48,678 bases of DNA from Nemertoderma westbladi (taxonomy: Eukaryota; Animalia; Xenacoelomorpha): positions 1-48,678 of the forward strand of contig JAUCBJ010007610.1 in NCBI GenBank assembly GCA_032718475.1. The letters run 5' to 3'. The notes beneath the pieces were generated by a model. The model did no database searches. It was given only the letters and a program-made list of their open reading frames with translations, and was not told where the DNA came from. This document shows positions 35,378 to 48,678 of this stretch, piece by piece (positions within the stretch are counted from its first letter, which is position 1; every line of letters begins with the position of its first letter). A program made the translations under genes and the position numbers.

Positions 35378-38300
35378 AACCTCATCTTATACGGCTCACA
35401 TATAAACTGGTACCGCACCTTACAGTACGAGTTGAGTTAGTATGGAATAGTAAATGGTAAACCTCATCTTATATTATACGGCTCACACATAAACTGGTAC
35501 CGCACCTTACAGTAGGAGTTAGTATGGAATAGTAAATGGTAAACCTCATCTTATACGGCTCACATATAAACTGGTACTGCACCTTACAGTAGGAGTTAGT
35601 ATGGAATAGTAAATGGTAAACCTCATCTTATACGGCTCACATATAAACTGGTACTGCACCTTACAGTAGGAGTTAGTATGGAATAGTAAATGGTAAACTT
35701 CATCTTATACGGCTCACACATAAACTGGTACCGCACCTTACAGTAGGAGTTGAGTTAGTATGAAATAGTAAATGCTAAACCTCATCTTATATTATACGGC
35801 TCACACATAAACTGGTACCGCACATTACAGTAGGAGTTAGTATGGAATAGTAAATGGTAAACCTCATCTTATACGGCTCACACATAAACTGGCACGGCAC
35901 GTTACAGTAGGAGTTAGTATGGAATAGTAAATGGTAAACCTCATTTTATACGGCTCACATATAAACTGGTACTGCACCTTACAGTAGGAGTTAGTATGGA
36001 ATAGTAAATGGTAAACTTCATCTTATACGGCTCACACTTAAACTGGTACCGCACCTTACCGTAGGTGTTGAGTTAGTATGGGATAGTAAATGGTAAACCT
36101 CATCTTATATTATACGGCTCACACATAAACTGGTACCGCACCTTACAGTAGGAGTTGAGTTAGTATGAAATAGTAAATGCTAAACCTCATCTTATATTAT
36201 ACGGCTCACACATAAACTGGTACCACACCTTACAGTAGGAGTTAGTATGAAATAGTAAATGGTAAACCCTATCTTATACGGCTCACACATAAACTGGCAC
36301 GGCACCTTACAGTAGGAGTTAGTATGGAATAGTAAATGGTAAACGTCATTTTATACGGCTCACACATAAACTGGTACCGCACCTTACAGTATGAGTTAGT
36401 ATGGAATAGTAAATGGTAAACCTCATCTTATACGGCTCACATATAAACTGGTACCGCACCTTACAGTAGGAGTTAGTATGGAATAGTAAATGGTAAACCT
36501 CATCTTATACGGCTCACATATAAACTGGTACCGCACCTTACAGTAGGAGTTAGTATGGAATAGTAAATGGTAAACCTCATCTTATACGGCTCACACATAA
36601 ACTGGTACCGCACATTGCAGTAGGAGTTAGTATGGAATAGTAAATGGTAAACCTCATTTTATACGGCTCACACATAAACTGGTACCGCACCTTACAGTAA
36701 GAGTTAGTATGGAATAGTAAATGGTAAACCTCATCTTATACGGCTCACATATAAACTGGTACCGCACCTTACAGTAAGAGTTAGTATGGAATAGTAAATG
36801 GTATACCTCATCTTATACGGCTCACATATAAACTGGTACCGCACCTTACAGTAGGAGTTAGTATGGAATAGTAAATGGTAAACCTCATCTTATACGGCTC
36901 ACACATAAACTGGTACCGCACATTACAGTAGGAGTTAGTATGGAATAGTAAATGGTAAACCTCATCTTATACGGCTCACACATAAACTGGTACCGCACCT
37001 TACAGTAAGAGTTAGTATGGAATAGTAAATGGTAAACCTCATCTTATACGGCTCACATATAAACTGGTACCGCACCTTACAGTAGGAGTTAGTATGGAAT
37101 AGTAAATGGTAAACCTCATCTTATACGGCTCACACATAAACTGGTACCGCACATTACAGTAGGAGTTAGTATGGAATAGTAAATGGTAAACGTCATTTTA
37201 TACGGCTCACACATAAACTGGTACCGCACCTTACAGTAAGAGTTAGTATGGAATAGTAAATGGTAAACCTCATCTTATACGGCTCACATATAAACTGGTA
37301 CCGCACCTTACAGTAGGAGTTAGTATGGAATAGTAAATGGTAAACCTCATCTTATACGGCTCACACATAAACTGGTACCGCACATTACAGTAGGAGTTAG
37401 TATGGAATAGTAAATGGTAAACCTCATTTTATACGGCTCACACATAAACTGGTACCGCACATTACAGTAGGAGTTAGTATGGAATAGTAAATGGTAAACC
37501 TCATCTTATTCGGCTCACATATAAACTGGTACCGCACCTTACAGTAGGAGTTGAGTTAGTATGGAATAGTAAATGGTAAACCTCATCTTATACGGCTCAC
37601 ACATAAACTGGTACCGCACCTTACAGTAAGAGTTAGTATGGAATAGTAAATGGTAAACCTCATCTTATTCGGCTCACATATAAACTGGTACCGCACCTTA
37701 CAGTAGGAGTTGAGTTAGTATGGAATAGTAAATGGTAAACCTCATCTTATACGGCTCACATATAAACTGGTACCGCACCTTACAGTAGGAGTTAGTATGG
37801 AATAGTAAATGGTAAACCTCATCTTATACGGCTCACACATAAACTGGTACCGCACCTTACAGTAAGAGTTAGTATGGAATAGTAAATGGTAAACCTCATC
37901 TTATTCGGCTCACATATAAACTGGTACCGCACCTTACAGTAGGAGTTGAGTTAGTATGGAATAGTAAATGGTAAACCTCATTTTATACGGCTCACACATA
38001 AACTGGTACCGCACATTACAGTAGGAGTTAGTATGGAATAGTAAATGGTAAACCTCATCTTATACGGCTCACATATAAACTGGTACCGCACGTTACAGTA
38101 GGAGTTGAGTTAGTATGGAATAGTAAATGGTAAACCTCATCTTATACGGCTCACATATAAACTGGTACCGCACGTTACAGTAGGAGTTGAGTTAGTATGG
38201 AATAGTAAATGGTAAACCTCATTTTATACGGCTCACTTATAAACTGGTACCGCACGTTACAGTAGGAGTTGAGTTAGTATGAAATAGTAAATGCTAAACC

Positions 38301-41300
38301 TCATCTTATACGGCTCACATATAAACTGGTACCGCACCTTACAGTAGGAGTTCGTATGGAATAGTAAATGGTAAACCTCATCTTATACGGCTCACATATA
38401 AACTGGTACCGCACCTTACAGTAGGAGTTCGTATGGAATAGTAAATGGTAAACCTCATCTTATACGGCTCACATATAAACTGGTACCGCACGTTACAGTA
38501 GGAGTTGAGTTAGTATGAAATAGTAAATGCTAAACCTCATCTTATATTATACGGCTCACACATAAACTGGTACTGCACATTACAGTAGGAGTTAGTATGG
38601 AATAGTAAATGGTAAACCTCATTTTATACGGCTCACACATAAACTGGTACCGCACATTACAGTAGGAGTTAGTATGGAATAGTAAATGGTAAACCTCATC
38701 TTATACGGCTCACATATAAACTGGTACTGCACCTTACAGTAGGAGTTAGTATGGAATAGTAAATGGTAAACTTCATCTTATACGGCTCACATATAAACTG
38801 GTACGGCATCTTACAGTAGGAGTTGAGTTAGTATGAAATAGTAAATGCTAAACCTCATCTTATATTATACGGCTCACACATAAACTGGTACCGCACCTTA
38901 CAGTAGGAGTTAGTATGGAATAGTAAATGGTAAACTTCATCTTATACGGCTCACATATAAACTGGTACGGCACCTTACAGTAGGAGTTGAGTTAGTATGA
39001 AATAGTAAATGCTAAACCTCATCTTATATTATACGGCTCACACATAAACTGGTACCGCACCTTACAGTAGGAGTTGAGTTAGTATGGAATAGTAAATGGT
39101 AAACCTCATCTTATACGGCTCACATATAAACTGGTACCGCACCTTACAGTAGGAGTTGAGTTAGTATGGAATAGTAAATGGTAAACCTCATCTTATACGG
39201 CTCACATATAAACTGGTACTGCACCTTACAGTAGGAGTTAGTATGGAATAGTAAATGGTAAACCTCATCTTATACGGCTCACACATAAACTGGTACCGCA
39301 CCTTACAGTAGGAGTTAGTATGGAATAGTAAATGGTAAACCTCATCTTATACGGCTCACATATAAACTGGTACTGCACCTTACAGTAGGAGTTAGTATGG
39401 AATAGTAAATGGTAAACCTCATCTTATACGGCTCACACATAAACTGGTACTGCACCTTACAGTAGGAGTTAGTATGGAATAGTAAATGGTAAACCTCATC
39501 TTATACGGCTCACACATAAACTGGTACTGCACCTTACAGTAGGAGTTAGTATGGAATAGTTAATGCTAAACCTCATTTTATACGGCTCACACATAAACTG
39601 GTACCGCACCTTACAGTAAGAGTTAGTATGGAATAGTAAATGGTAAACCTCATTTTATACGGCTCACATATAAACTGGTACCGCACCTTACAGTAGGAGT
39701 TAGTATGGAATAGTAAATGGTAAACCTCATTTTATACGGCTCACACATAAACTGGTACCGCACCTTACAGTAGGAGTTAGTATGGAATAGTAAATGGTAA
39801 ACCTCATCTTATACGGCTCACATATAAACTGGTACTGCACCTTACAGTAGGAGTTAGTATGGAATAGTAAATGGTAAACTTCATCTTATACGGCTCACAC
39901 ATAAACTGGTACCGCACATTACAGTAGGAGTTAGTATGGAATAGTAAATGGTAAACCTCATCTTATACGGCTCACACATAAACTGGTACCGCACCTTACA
40001 GTAGGAGTTAGTATGGAATAGTAAATGGTAAACTTCATCTTATACGGCTCACACATAAACTGGTACCGCACATTACAGTAGGAGTTAGTATGGAATAGTA
40101 AATGGTAAACCTCATCTTATACGGCTCACATATAAACTGGTACTGCACCTTACAGTAGGAGTTAGTATGGAATAGTAAATGGTAAACCTCATCTTATACG
40201 GCTCACATATAAACTGGTACTGCACCTTACAGTAGGAGTTAGTATGGAATAGTAAATGGTAAACCTCATCTTATACGGCTCACATATAAACTGGTACCGC
40301 ACCTTACAGTAGGAGTTAGTATGGAATAGTAAATGGTAAACCTCATCTTATACGGCTCACATATAAACTGGTACCGCACCTTACAGTAGGAGTTGAGTTA
40401 GTATGGAATAGTAAATGGTAAACCTCATCTTATATTATACGGCTCACACATAAACTGGTACCGCACCTTACAGTAGGAGTTAGTATGGAATAGTAAATGG
40501 TAAACCTCATCTTATACGGCTCACATATAAACTGGTACTGCACCTTACAGTAGGAGTTAGTATGGAATAGTAAATGGTAAACCTCATCTTATATTATACG
40601 GCTCACACATAAACTGGTACCGCACCTTACAGTAGGAGTTGAGTTAGTATGAAATAGTAAATGGTAAACCTCATTTTATACGGCTCACACATAAACTGGT
40701 ACTGCACCTTACAGTAGGAGTTAGTATGGAATAGTAAATGGTAAACCTCATCTTATACGGCTCACACATAAACTGGTACCGCACGTTACAGTAGGTGTTG
40801 AGTTAGTATGAAATAGTAAATGCTAAACCTCATCTTATATTATATGGCTCACACATAAACTGGTACCGCACGTTACAGTAGGAGTTAGTATGGAATAGTA
40901 AATGGTAAACCTCATTTTATACGGCTCACATATAAACTGGTACTGCACCTTACAGTAGGAGTTAGTATGGAATAGTAAATGGTAAACTTCATCTTATACG
41001 GCTCACACTTAAACTGGTACCGCACCTTACCGTAGGTGTTGAGTTAGTATGGGATAGTAAATGGTAAACCTCATCATATATTATACGGCTCACACATAAA
41101 CTGGTACCGCACCTTACAGTAGGAGTTGAGTTAGTATGAAATAGTAAATGCTAAACCTCATCTTATATTATACGGCTCACACATAAACTGGTACCACACC
41201 TTACAGTAGGAGTTAGTATGAAATAGTAAATGGTAAACCCTATCTTATACGGCTCACACATAAACTGGCACGGCACCTTACAGTAGGAGTTAGTATGGAA

Positions 41301-44300
41301 TAGTAAATGGTAAACGTCATTTTATACGGCTCACACATAAACTGGTACCGCACCTTACAGTAGGTGTTGAGTTAGTATGAAATAGTAAATGGTAAACCTC
41401 ATCTTATACGGCTCACATATAAACTGGTACCGCACCTTACAGTAGGTGTTGAGTTAGTATGAAATAGTAAATGGTAAACCTCATCTTATACGGCTCACAC
41501 ATAAACTGGTACCGCACCTTACAGTAGGAGTTAGTATGGAATAGTAAATGGTAAACCTCATCTTATACGGCTCACACATAAACTGGTACCGCACCTTACA
41601 GTAGGAGTTGAGTTAGTATGGAATAGTAAATGGTAAACCTCATCTTATACGGCTCACACATAAACTGGTACCGCACCTTACAGTAGGAGTTGAGTTAGTA
41701 TGGAATAGTAAATGGTAAACCTCATCTTATACGGCTCACACATAAACTGGTACCGCACGTTACAGTAGGAGTTGAGTTAGTATGGAATAGTAAATGGTAA
41801 ACCTCATCTTATACGGCTCATACATAAACTGGTACCGCACCTTACAGTGGGAGTTGAGTTAGTATGGAATAGTAAATGGTAAACCTCATCTTATACGGCT
41901 CACACATAAACTGGTACCGCACCTTACAGTAGGAGTTGAGTTAGTATGGAATAGTAAATGGTAAACCTCATCTTATACGGCTCTCACATAAACTGGTACC
42001 GCACCTTAGAGTGGGAGTTGAGTTAGTATGGAATAGTAAATGGTAAACTTCATCTTATACGGCTCACACATAAACTGGTACCGCACCTTACAGTGGGAGT
42101 TGAGTTAGTATGGAATAGTAAATGGTAAACCTCATCTTATACGGCTCACAAATAAACTGGTACCACACCTTACAGTAGGAGTTAGTATGGAATAGTAAAT
42201 GGCAAACCTCATCGTATACGGCTCACACATAAACTGGTGGGGCACCTTACAGTAGGAGTTGAGTTAGTATGGAATAGTAAATGGTAAACCTCATCTTATA
42301 CGGCTCACACATAAACTGGTACCACACCTTACAGTAAGAGTTAGTATGGAATAGTAAATGGTAAACCTCATCTTATACGGCTCACACATAAACTGGTACC
42401 ACACCTTACAGTAGGAGTTAGTATGGAATAGTAAATGGTAAACCTCATCTTATACGGCTCACACATAAACTGGTACCGCACCTTACATTAGGAGTTAGTA
42501 TGGAATAGTAAATGGTAAACCTCATCTTATACGGCTCACACATAAACTGGTACCGCACCTTACAGTAGGTGTTGAGTTAGTATGGAATAGTAAATGGTAA
42601 ACCTCATCTTATGCGGCTCACACATAAACAGGTACCGCACCTTACAGTAGGTGTTGAGTTAGTATGGAATAGTAAATGGTAAACCTCCCCTTATGCGGCT
42701 CACACATTAACTGGTAACGCACCTTACATTAGGAGTTAGTATGGAATAGTAAATGGTAAACCTCATCTTATACGGCTCACACATAAACTGGTACCGCACA
42801 TTACAGTAGGAGTTAGTATGGAATAGTAAATGGTAAACCTCATTTTTTACGGCTCACACATAAACTGGTACCGCACATTACTGTAGGAGTTAGTATGGAA
42901 TAGTAAATGGTAAACCTCATTTTATACGGCTCACACATAAACTGGTACCGCACATTACAGTAGGAGTTAGTATGGAATAGTAAATGGTAAACCTCATTTT
43001 ATACGGCTCACACATAAACTGGTACCGCACCTTACAGTAGGAGTTGAGTTAGTATGGAATAGTAAATGGTAAACCTCATTTTATACGGCTCACATATAAA
43101 CTGGTACCGCACATTACAGTAGGAGTTAGTATGGAATAGTAAATGGTAAACCTCATCTTATACGGCTCACACATAAACTGGTACCGCACCTTACAGTAGG
43201 AGTTGAGTTAGTATGGAATAGTAAATGGTAAACCTCATTTTATACGGCTCACACATAAACTGGTACCGCACCTTACAGTAGGAGTTGAGTTAGTATGGAA
43301 TAGTAAATGGTAAACCTCATCTTATACGGCTCACACATAAACTGGTACCGCACCTTACAGTAGGAGTTGAGTTAGTATGGAATAGTAAATGGTAAACCTC
43401 ATTTTATACGGCTCACACATAAACTGGTACCGCACCTTACAGTAGGAGTTGAGTTAGTATGGAATAGTAAATGGTAAACCTCATTTTATACGGCTCACAC
43501 ATAAACTGGTACCGCACCTTACAGTAGGAGTTGAGTTAGTATGGAATAGTAAATGGTAAACCTCATTTTATACGGCTCACACATAAACTGGTACCGCACC
43601 TTACAGTAGGAGTTGAGTTAGTATGGAATAGTAAATGGTAAACCTCATCTTATACGGCTCACACATAAACTGGTACCGCACCTTACAGTAGGAGTTAGTA
43701 TGGAATAGTAAATGGTAAACCTCATCTTATACGGCTCACACATAAACTGGTACCGCACCTTACAGTAGGAGTTGAGTTAGTATGGAATAGTAAATGGTAA
43801 ACCTCATCTTATACGGCTCACACATAAACTGGTACCGCACCTTACAGTAGGAGTTGAGTTAGTATGGAATAGTAAATGGTAAACCTCATCTTATACGGCT
43901 CACACATAAACTGGTACCGCACCTTACAGTAGGAGTTGAGTTAGTATGGAATAGTAAATGGTAAACCTCATTTTATACGGCTCACACTATAAACTGGTAC
44001 CGCACCTTACAGTAGGAGTTGAGTTAGTATGGAATAGTAAATGGTAAACCTCATCTTATACGGCTCACACATAAACTGGTACCGCACCTTACAGTAGGAG
44101 TTGAGTTAGTATGGAATAGTAAATGGTAAACCTCATCTTATACGGCTCACACATAAACTGGTACCGCACCTTACAGTAGGAGTTGAGTTAGTATGGAATA
44201 GTAAATGGTAAACCTCATTTTATACGGCTCACATATAAACTGGTACCGCACCTTACATTAGGAGTTAGTATGGAATAGTAAATGGTAAACCTCATTTTAT

Positions 44301-47300
44301 ACGGCTCACACTTAAACTGGTACCGCACCTTACAGTAGGAGTTGAGTTAGTATGGAATAGTAAATGGTAAACCTCATCTTATACGGCTCACACATAAACT
44401 GGTACCGCACCTTACAGTAGGAGTTGAGTTAGTATGGAATAGTAAATGGTAAACCTCATCTTATATTATACGGCTCACACATAAACTGGTACCGCACCTT
44501 ACAGTAGGAGTTGAGTTAGTATGGAATAGTAAATGGTAAACCTCATTTTATACGGCTCACACTTAAACTGGTACCGCACCTTACAGTAGGAGTTGAGTTA
44601 GTATGGAATAGTAAATGGTAAACCTCATCTTATACGGCTCACACATAAACTGGTACCACACCTTACAGTAGGAGTTGAGTTAGTATGGAATAGTAAATGG
44701 TAAACCTCATCTTATACGGCTCACACATAAACTGGTACCGCACCTTACAGTAGGAGTTGAGTTAGTATGGAATAGTAAATGGTAAACCTCATCTTATATT
44801 ATACGGCTCACACATAAACTGGTACCGCACCTTACAGTAGGAGTTAGTATGGAATAGTAAATGGTAAACCTCATCTTATACGGCTCACACATAAACTGGT
44901 ACCGCACATTACAGTAGGAGTTGAGTTAGTATGGAATAGTAAATGGTAAACCTCATCTTATATTATACGGCTCACACATAAACTGGTACCGCACCTTACA
45001 GTAGGAGTTGAGTTAGTATGGAATAGTAAATGGTAAACCTCATTTTATACGGCTCACACTTAAACTGGTACCGCACCTTACAGTAGGAGTTGAGTTAGTA
45101 TGGAATAGTAAATGGTAAACCTCATCTTATACGGCTCACACATAAACTGGTACCGCACCTTACAGTAGGAGTTGAGTTAGTATGGAATAGTAAATGGTAA
45201 ACCTCATCTTATACGGCTCACACATAAACTGGTACCGCACCTTACAGTAGGAGTTGAGTTAGTATGGAATAGTAAATGGTAAACCTCATCTTATATTATA
45301 CGGCTCACACATAAACTGGTACCGCACCTTACAGTAGGAGTTAGTATGGAATAGTAAATGGTAAACCTCATCTTATACTGCTCACACATAAACTGGTACC
45401 GCACATTACAGTAGGAGTTGAGTTAGTATGGAATAGTAAATGGTAAACCTCATCTTATACGGCTCACACATAAACTGGTACCGCACCTTACAGTAGGAGT
45501 TGAGTTAGTATGGAATAGTAAATGGTAAACCTCATCTTATACGGCTCACACATAAACTGGTACCGCACCTTACAGTAGGAGTTGAGTTAGTATGGAATAG
45601 TAAATGGTAAACCTCATCTTATACGGCTCACACATAAACTGGTACCGCACCTTACAGTAGGAGTTGAGTTAGTATGGAATAGTAAATGGTAAACCTCATC
45701 TTATACGGCTCACACATAAACTGGTACCGCACCTTACAGTAGGAGTTGAGTTAGTATGGAATAGTAAATGGTAAACCTCATCTTATACGGCTCACACATA
45801 AACTGGTACCGCACCTTACAGTAGGAGTTGAGTTAGTATGGAATAGTAAATGGTAAACCTCATCTTATACGGCTCACACTTAAACTGGTACCGCACCTTA
45901 CAGTAGGAGTTGAGTTAGTATGGAATAGTAAATGGTAAACCTCATCTTATACGGCTCACACATAAACTGGTACCGCACCTTACAGTAGGAGTTGAGTTAG
46001 TATGGAATAGTAAATGGTAAACCTCATCTTATACGGCTCACACATAAACTGGTACCGCACCTTACAGTAGGAGTTGAGTTAGTATGGAATAGTAAATGGT
46101 AAACCTCATCTTATACGGCTCACACATAAACTGGTACCGCACCTTACAGTAGGAGTTGAGTTAGTATGGAATAGTAAATGGTAAACCTCATCTTATACGG
46201 CTCACACATAAACTGGTACCGCACCTTACAGTAGGAGTTGAGTTAGTATGGAATAGTAAATGGTAAACCTCATCTTATACGGCTCACACATAAACTGGTA
46301 CCGCACCTTACAGTAGGAGTTGAGTTAGTATGGAATAGTAAATGGTAAACCTCATCTTTATACGGCTCACACATAAACTGGTACCGCACCTTACAGTAGG
46401 AGTTGAGTTAGTATGGAATAGTAAATGGTAAACCTCATCTTATACGGCTCACACATAAACTGGTACCGCACCTTACAGTAGGAGTTGAGTTAGTATGGAA
46501 TAGTAAATGGTAAACCTCATCTTATACGGCTCACACATAAACTGGTACCGCACCTTACAGTAGGAGTTGAGTTAGTATGGAATAGTAAATGGTAAACCTC
46601 ATCTTATACGGCTCACACATAAACTGGTACCGCACCTTACAGTAGGAGTTGAGTTAGTATGGAATAGTAAATGGTAAACCTCATCTTTATACGGCTCACA
46701 CATAAACTGGTACCGCACCTTACAGTAGGAGTTGAGTTAGTATGGAATAGTAAATGGTAAACCTCATCTTATACGGCTCACACATAAACTGGTACCGCAC
46801 CTTACAGTAGGAGTTGAGTTAGTATGGAATAGTAAATGGTAAACCTCATCTTATATTATACGGCTCACACATAAACTGGTACCGCACCTTACAGTAGGAG
46901 TTGAGTTAGTATGGAATAGTAAATGGTAAACCTCATCTTATACGGCTCACACATAAACTGGTACCGCACCTTACAGTAGGAGTTGAGTTAGTATGGAATA
47001 GTAAATGGTAAACCTCATCTTATACGGCTCACACATAAACTGGTACCGCACCTTACAGTAGGAGTTGAGTTAGTATGGAATAGTAAATGGTAAACCTCAT
47101 CTTATACGGCTCACACATAAACTGGTACCGCACCTTACAGTAGGAGTTGAGTTAGTATGGAATAGTAAATGGTAAACCTCATCTTATATTATACGGCTCA
47201 CACATAAACTGGTACCGCACCTTACAGTAGGAGTTAGTATGGAATAGTAAATGGTAAACCTCATCTTATACGGCTCACACATAAACTGGTACCGCACCTT

Positions 47301-48678
47301 ACAGTAGGAGTTGAGTTAGTATGGAATAGTAAATGGTAAACCTCATCTTATACGGCTCACACATAAACTGGTACCGCACCTTACAGTAGGAGTTGAGTTA
47401 GTATGGAATAGTAAATGGTAAACCTCATCTTATACGGCTCACACATAAACTGGTACCGCACCTTACAGTAGGAGTTGAGTTAGTATGGAATAGTAAATGG
47501 TAAACCTCATCTTATACGGCTCACACATAAACTGGTACCGCACCTTACAGTAGGAGTTGAGTTAGTATGGAATAGTAAATGGTAAACCTCATCTTTATAC
47601 GGCTCACACATAAACTGGTACCGCACCTTACAGTAGGAGTTGAGTTAGTATGGAATAGTAAATGGTAAACCTCATCTTATACGGCTCACACATAAACTGG
47701 TACCGCACCTTACAGTAGGAGTTGAGTTAGTATGGAATAGTAAATGGTAAACCTCATCTTATACGGCTCACACATAAACTGGTACCGCACCTTACAGTAG
47801 GAGTTGAGTTAGTATGGAATAGTAAATGGTAAACCTCATCTTATACGGCTCACACATAAACTGGTACCGCACCTTACAGTAGGAGTTGAGTTAGTATGGA
47901 ATAGTAAATGGTAAACCTCATCTTATACGGCTCACACATAAACTGGTACCGCACCTTACAGTAGGAGTTGAGTTAGTATGGAATAGTAAATGGTAAACCT
48001 CATCTTATACGGCTCACACATAAACTGGTACCGCACCTTACAGTAGGAGTTGAGTTAGTATGGAATAGTAAATGGTAAACCTCATCTTATATACGGCTCA
48101 CACATAAACTGGTACCGCACCTTACAGTAGGAGTTGAGTTAGTATGGAATAGTAAATGGTAAACCTCATCTTATACGGCTCACACATAAACTGGTACCGC
48201 ACCTTACAGTAGGAGTTGAGTTAGTATGGAATAGTAAATGGTAAACCTCATCTTATACGGCTCACACATAAACTGGTACCGCACCTTACAGTAGGAGTTG
48301 AGTTAGTATGGAATAGTAAATGGTAAACCTCATCTTATACGGCTCACACATAAACTGGTACCGCACCTTACAGTAGGAGTTGAGTTAGTATGGAATAGTA
48401 AATGGTAAACCTCATCTTATACGGCTCACACATAAACTGGTACCGCACCTTACAGTAGGAGTTGAGTTAGTATGAAATAGTAAATGCTAAACCTCATCTT
48501 ATATTATACGGCTCACACATAAACTGGTACCGCACCTTACAGTAGGAGTTAGTATGGAATAGTAAATGGTAAACCTCATCTTATACTGCTCACACATAAA
48601 CTGGTACCGCACATTACAGTAGGAGTTGAGTTAGTATGGAATAGTAAATGGTAAACCTCATTTTATACGGCTCACATA
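35378..48678 (+). repeat. 77/82-bp satellite array, right part (~165 monomers; runs off the window)
   Basis: Same monomer as 21713-27393. Beyond ~43 kb it is dominated by the 82-bp GAGTTGAGTT variant. Confidence 0.98.

Noticed and set aside
21713-48678. CRISPR array or tandem RNA-gene cluster (tRNA, 5S, SL) for the 77-bp repeat
   Set aside because: No spacers, and no recognisable cloverleaf, A/B boxes or Sm site. It behaves as satellite DNA.

Overview
Eukaryotic, repeat-dense DNA, most likely heterochromatin of an invertebrate animal (the taxon cannot be determined from the sequence). No host genes, RNA genes or CRISPR arrays were found. In order: (1) 1-8331, about 3.6 tandem copies of a ~2.28-kb unit carrying a G-rich minisatellite, ending in a terminus resembling a Maverick/Polinton end; (2) 8.3-12.1 kb, decayed repeats including a probable DEDDy 3'-5' exonuclease remnant and a small hAT-like MITE; (3) 12136-20128, an internally deleted BEL/Pao LTR retrotransposon whose last 17 pol codons plus stop are amplified into an 81-copy 56-bp tandem array; (4) 21713-48678, a large 77/82-bp satellite array; (5) within it, a CR1/L2/Crack-group LINE (27394-35377) with one reconstructable 1165-aa ORF (hydrophobic leader, 2A ribosome-skip motif, PHD finger, APE endonuclease, RT); (6) within the LINE, a P-superfamily THAP transposon (28893-32899) with ~130-bp TIRs, a 7-bp TSD, a spliced THAP domain and one frameshift. 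All coordinates, counts and identities were read by eye. Family assignments rest on recognised motifs, not database searches.
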